Shown piece by piece: positions 61,201-64,000 of a stretch of 64,000 nucleotides of DNA. The position numbers and the translations under genes are program-made. A model generated the notes under the pieces. The model had not been told where the DNA came from. It worked only from the letters and a program-made list of their open reading frames with translations, and ran no database searches. The stretch covers positions 4,922-68,921 of the forward strand of contig CAXGWS010000008.1 of assembly GCA_964013535.1 (NCBI GenBank), written 5' to 3'. This stretch comes from an uncultured Candidatus Poseidoniales archaeon. GTDB taxonomy: Archaea > Thermoplasmatota > Poseidoniia > Poseidoniales > Poseidoniaceae. The stretch's first letter is position 1. Each line of letters opens with the position of its first letter.

Positions 61201-62888
61201 TCAGACATATCAGTAAATTTGACATTGGTTAACACAAAATAATCACTCTCGGCAGAGGAAATGTCAAGATTATTGTCAAATCCATAGTAAACTGTACCTT
61301 GACCAGATGCGTCACTGAAACTAGGATTGGTGTTTACCGTGTTAAAATCCAGCACGTGTGCAGTAGAGCCACTACTTACCTGAAGGGGTTGGTTGTGTAA
61401 TTGCGCCGTCCACTGATAGGAACTTAGGCGGGAGTTTTCAGTAAGTATCACTCCGGCATCTTGGAATTTTGTTGAAATAGAATATACCATTGCATGACTG
61501 TCGATTATCTCTGTCCCAAGTGTGTTGCCGCCAATGTTCGCAAGATTAGTAGATGAAAATTCAGTATCACGCATGGTAACTCCAGTAGAGAAGTTTTCAG
61601 TAGAAAGGCTATCCGAGGAAAATTCTGCATACCATATTTGGCAACCAATAGAAGTAAAGTCCGAAGCGGTGTAACTCTTGTCAACTATTAGGTTTGAAAA
61701 CTGATGGATGCCACCTAAGATGTCGACACCAATCGAATCTGCTGCAGTCATTGAGACATTGGTATGGCCGACGAATCGAGTATTGCCATCTCTAATAGTA
61801 ATGCCATTATGCTGCGCAGTTACCGTCAGGTTGTCAATCAAAATCGTGCCTTGACTGGTGACCTTGATGCCGGTATTTATCCCCTCGAAGGTCGAATTGA
61901 CTACACGATGATCTCCATTTCCTAACAGTAGAGCCCCATAATTAGAATTCCTAATTGAGACATTATCAAAGATACATGCTCCATGGCAATCTGCTTCAAT
62001 GGCTGGGTTTGAGATTGACTCACTGCCAGTAAAAGACACATTGGAGAATAATGTGTTGCTTGCGCCGGTAGATTTTGACAGGCGATTGCCACTGATGTTA
62101 ACATGTGAAATTGTGAAATCATCTGAATTAGATAGATCTGCCAGCAAAGAGATTGCGTTTCCAGTAATGTGCTGACCAGTAAATTGAACACCGCTAACAG
62201 TAGATAGGCCTACTGCAATCTCTTGAAAGTCTAGCTCTGCAATCGTTACATCGCCAGCAATAGCTTTGATACCGGTGCCTAATTTGCTGAAATTACTACT
62301 TGTTACATGGGTCGTTCCACTGGACTCAATTCCCGTTGATGCATTGGTGATTTCAGAGGTGGTTAGAATCAATACACCGCTATTCATTATCGCCTCGTAA
62401 TCTATCGAATCGGTGGAAAATTCTGTAATGTCAGCAACTGCCATGTTATTGATACCTAAATAAGAATCCTTGACCGTTAAATTGTCGGCGTCAAGAGTGC
62501 CTTCAGATTTAACTCCGACATTGGTGTTTTCAATTATAACATCAGTTAACGAGGCGCTGCCCCCAGTTTTGACTACTATTCCTTGCCAAAGTCCTTGGCC
62601 ATGAGATGACTGTGCAGTCGGGCTCGCCGAGGAAAAAAAGTGAGCCGATTCAGCAATGAGGGTGCCAAATACCTCAATGGCAAAGCCGCTACCGCCGTCG
62701 ATTACAGTCCCTGGTTCAATAGTTAGAGTAGCACTGGGTGAAACTACTACATCGCTTTCGAGGGTAATATTTCCTGACCAAGTAGTATCCGAGTTTATTG
62801 TTGACCCTTCGACTTGGGTCAGGGGAGAGAATAATGTCATTACGAATAATGCGACTGTAAAGTTGGTGACTAACCACTGTCGCCGCAT
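58224..62888 (-). CDS. giant anchored surface protein: signal peptide, long right-handed parallel beta-helix (PbH1-like) region, PKD-like domain, Asp/Cys-rich Ca-binding (TSP3-like) region, C-terminal TM anchor
   Basis: The ATG at 62888 (MRRQWLVTNFTVALFVMTLF) is preceded by AAGGAGAT. The body has pervasive N/G/S/T-rich turns of about 22 aa. The Ca-binding-like stretch reads DTDGDGQPDN...DQDDDGDGIPD. The TM helix is FTLILIIIGLGVVVLFVL. Confidence 0.75.
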   Translation of the reverse strand: MRRQWLVTNFTVALFVMTLFSPLTQVEGSTINSDTTWSGNITLESDVVVSPSATLTIEPGTVIDGGSGFAIEVFGTLIAESAHFFSSASPTAQSSHGQGLWQGIVVKTGGSASLTDVIIENTNVGVKSEGTLDADNLTVKDSYLGINNMAVADITEFSTDSIDYEAIMNSGVLILTTSEITNASTGIESSGTTHVTSSNFSKLGTGIKAIAGDVTIAELDFQEIAVGLSTVSGVQFTGQHITGNAISLLADLSNSDDFTISHVNISGNRLSKSTGASNTLFSNVSFTGSESISNPAIEADCHGACIFDNVSIRNSNYGALLLGNGDHRVVNSTFEGINTGIKVTSQGTILIDNLTVTAQHNGITIRDGNTRFVGHTNVSMTAADSIGVDILGGIHQFSNLIVDKSYTASDFTSIGCQIWYAEFSSDSLSTENFSTGVTMRDTEFSSTNLANIGGNTLGTEIIDSHAMVYSISTKFQDAGVILTENSRLSSYQWTAQLHNQPLQVSSGSTAHVLDFNTVNTNPSFSDASGQGTVYYGFDNNLDISSAESDYFVLTNVKFTDMSDNPVQAVINVNTFQFTSDENGEVLIPLFTSGSKVTASLAGTGISESLNGGLGGQVVRIPVIPSGDWILSGNQSISLQSLDTSQSLVGNLILEDEAILQLFDMNLIMAPGKAIILNDNAQIIGANSSIESDEILLNDSSTITGVSSHSQLLMDADVEWNCGSQTNVSNLIVVQQLTLGPNCQLTIANGILTGTASTPIDSSIKITSTLSVSVVDRGLPISNAVIEFQNNDYFTDLSGDVSIESIARLIDSQGDFVGTNENVLLKLSGYNELITWNTSSAKSHQFIVSSVDVDAILSSDMTLESVWSPYFLESDITIPLGRTLTIVDDVSLRISDGVQITILGTLDAQSATFSSTGFGARWSGLIMDSQYSTTHLLGTTLLEASPAITYNGGSLIAEEVSVSRSASSRALIEINEQHGGTFSLINSHLSDASGACIDIVKSTIEVEIANVQFDRCNGPAIRAENAHLNIVDVVIGQGSSDGLMLSSVVGEILNIDATEFNGFGSIVKMNYINGGLLISNVSGTVGGTAALSGSNNRALNLESINLSGAPAIDFDASAGLISDVILTGNGYGTAIISHHGRYSDPLRLANVELSGYAVGIDLHADGPDTASPFEITNAVVNASTALSIEDYPLAVEKSSIIGATEISGLIEVNMIDVQISQEPSIYDGAVTHLYQTLSLESRYLNITKPTDYVIDLVYSDESISTIEASGTTALAVIGIATKYAQSISNIYLDVIEIEANSAGHPAESITLSQAEFMDLNTTLTFTLKENQAPQIQSTSPNSTSVIMQTKPFESTISAVDDFDDVGAMTYQWRITDDTGSEVYSHTSSNPSDVITLESPGSFLLKLVVIDTNLAQSEQIIPIEVLLLDSDNDYITTCNSASWFDLSASRSCGPDVYDDDDDNDGIIDSRDYWPLDACAWQDTDGDGQPDNINCPEGLMTNLFEDQDDDGDGIPDTLEGVSDGSSGEFDSFTLILIIIGLGVVVLFVLRSRQGMQE

Positions 62889-62923
62889 ATTATCTCCTTT
62901 GCTACGCTTCCATATCAAGCAAA

Positions 62924-63001
62924 TGGTGGGCCCGCCCAGATTTGAACTGGGGTCTGACGGCCCCCAGCCGCCAAGTATAGGCCAAGCTAACCCACGGGCC
63001 C
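62924..63001 (-). tRNA. tRNA-Pro (anticodon GGG), CCA encoded
   Basis: The acceptor is GGGCCCG/CGGGCCC. The anticodon stem is GGCGG/CCGTC with loop CTGGGGG. The T arm is CCCAG-TTCAAAT-CTGGG and the 3' end is ACCA. Confidence 0.9.
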
Positions 63002-63012
63002 GAGAATCAAAT

Positions 63013-63216
63013 TTACTGACTCGGTGCGCTGAATGGTGCGACTTCTTGAATCAAGTCCAAGTGTCCAATGTACATTCTTCGGCAACAATATCTCGAGAAA
63101 CCAACTTGGTCTAGTGCATCGGATACTTCGATACCTGATGCAACTTTCTCGTTGAATTCTTCCCACTTATGTGCAATAACCGCACCACAACTGAAACATC
63201 TTACTGGAATTATCAC
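63013..63216 (-). CDS. rpoN: DNA-directed RNA polymerase subunit N (Rpo10)
   Basis: It reads IIPVRCFSCGAVIAHKWEEF...GFSRYCCRRM and has a GTG start. Confidence 0.9.
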   Translation of the reverse strand: MIIPVRCFSCGAVIAHKWEEFNEKVASGIEVSDALDQVGFSRYCCRRMYIGHLDLIQEVAPFSAPSQ

Positions 63217-63226
63217 GCTTTACACC

Positions 63227-63664
63227 TCATCGGTAGGACTTTTGTTTCTTTCGGCGAGCACCTCGTCCAAGTTGGTGCTTTGGTTCTTTTCTTCTCGGGT
63301 CGTTGACCAATAGACTTCGATCGAATCTCAAGTATTCATCTCTTAATTCATCATCTTGACCTTCAGCCCCGCCGTTGTAGAGAACTAATCCTCTGGCAAT
63401 AGCGGTTCTGATGGCGTCAGTTTGGCCCATAATCCCGCCACCTGTAGTGGTGATGTTGATGTCAACTTTTGCCAATCTGTTCATTGCGTCAGCGATGATA
63501 AGTGGTTCCATTGCCTTTCTTCTTGCCAGTGATGGTTGAAGTATTTCGATAGGTTCGCTATTCACTCTTACTCTGCCTTTGCCTGCCTTGACGGTGGCTC
63601 TAGCAATCGCAGTCTTACGCTTTCCTGATGATTCTACTGCCTTACTCTTTTTTCTTGCCATCAT
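63227..63664 (-). CDS. rps9: 30S ribosomal protein uS9
   Basis: It has SGKRKTAIARATVKAGKGRVRVN, and the C-terminus is ...ARRKKQKSYR. Confidence 0.95.
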   Translation of the reverse strand: MMARKKSKAVESSGKRKTAIARATVKAGKGRVRVNSEPIEILQPSLARRKAMEPLIIADAMNRLAKVDINITTTGGGIMGQTDAIRTAIARGLVLYNGGAEGQDDELRDEYLRFDRSLLVNDPRRKEPKHQLGRGARRKKQKSYR

Positions 63665-64000
63665 TGGTCACCTCCGGTCCATCTGTGGCTTGGTGCGCCA
63701 AGGTTTTGGCTGATGTCACCAAGTGATACAAATCGCTCGGGAACTCCTTTGCGAATCTTACTATCGTCGCCGTGCTCGTGGCCGTCCGGTAAATCTCCAC
63801 TAAGGTGACTTGGGCAGCCAATTTCAACACGTAGATTGCGTAGAGCTCTGCGTCCACTACTCTTACTTTGGTAAGGTAACATACCACGAACTGCACGCTT
63901 GAGAATCATATCTGGCATTCTTGGGAAGAAAGGACCTTTTCGGGCGTGATTCAACTTGTACTTTTCTTGATATTTGTTGAATACAGAGGTTTTACTTCCT
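63661..64000 (-). CDS. rpl13: 50S ribosomal protein uL13, partial (N-terminus beyond right window edge)
   Basis: It reads ILKRAVRGMLPYQSKSSGRRALRNLRVEIGCP. The frame stays open to nt 64000, and the stop overlaps the rps9 start (ATGA). Confidence 0.85.
   Translation of the reverse strand, partial: GSKTSVFNKYQEKYKLNHARKGPFFPRMPDMILKRAVRGMLPYQSKSSGRRALRNLRVEIGCPSHLSGDLPDGHEHGDDSKIRKGVPERFVSLGDISQNLGAPSHRWTGGDQ

Noticed and set aside
62656-63114. 152-aa plus-strand ORF
   Set aside because: It spans tRNA-Pro and is antisense to both the adhesin 5' end and the rpoN 3' end, so it is spurious.
1-64000. CRISPR arrays, IS elements, rRNA genes, reverse transcriptases and classical toxin-antitoxin pairs
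   Set aside because: No regularly spaced direct repeats, transposase or integrase motifs (DDE, tyrosine recombinase R-H-R-Y context) or rRNA-like segments were noticed. This is a visual scan only, and a computational repeat search could still find short arrays.

Overview
This is a densely coding archaeal chromosomal window. All calls come from reading motifs by eye, with no searches run. The informational genes are clearly archaeal. They include TFB, topoisomerase VI B+A, an RFC-like clamp loader, RNA polymerase subunits P and N, uL13/uS9 and Trm1. Also present are the archaeal CoA genes (pantoate kinase, phosphopantothenate synthetase), two PAC2 proteasome-assembly paralogues and the split GMP synthase GATase subunit. 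Mixed in are bacterial-looking genes (NAD-dependent LigA, an LPLAT-type acyltransferase, RNase HI) and three very large anchored surface proteins. I associate this mix with marine planktonic Thermoplasmatota (MGII/III-like), but that is inference only. There are four tRNAs: Arg-CCT, Asp-GTC, Arg-GCG and Pro-GGG. One small gene missing from the ORF track is rpoP at 36100-36249. I saw no rRNA, CRISPR array, transposase, integrase or reverse transcriptase. Several track ORFs start at TTG/GTG upstream of better ATG starts, and I adjusted those. The best candidates for undescribed biology are: (1) A three-gene surface operon at 50.8-55.0 kb. Two anchored ectoproteins share an N-terminal Cys-x(1,3)-Cys-His beta-sandwich-like module, and the third gene is a polytopic membrane protein. 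(2) A minus-strand operon at 29.4-33.2 kb joining a degenerate SdhA/NadB-like flavoprotein, a HIT hydrolase and a membrane-anchored acyltransferase. (3) A 1.7k-aa surface protein with a vWA domain inserted into propeller-like repeats, an integrin-like layout. (4) A polyproline (PPSGPP)n plus adducin-like aldolase-II fusion at 36.5-38.0 kb. (5) An orphan four-gene cassette at 4.3-6.6 kb. None of these can be confirmed without structure or profile searches.
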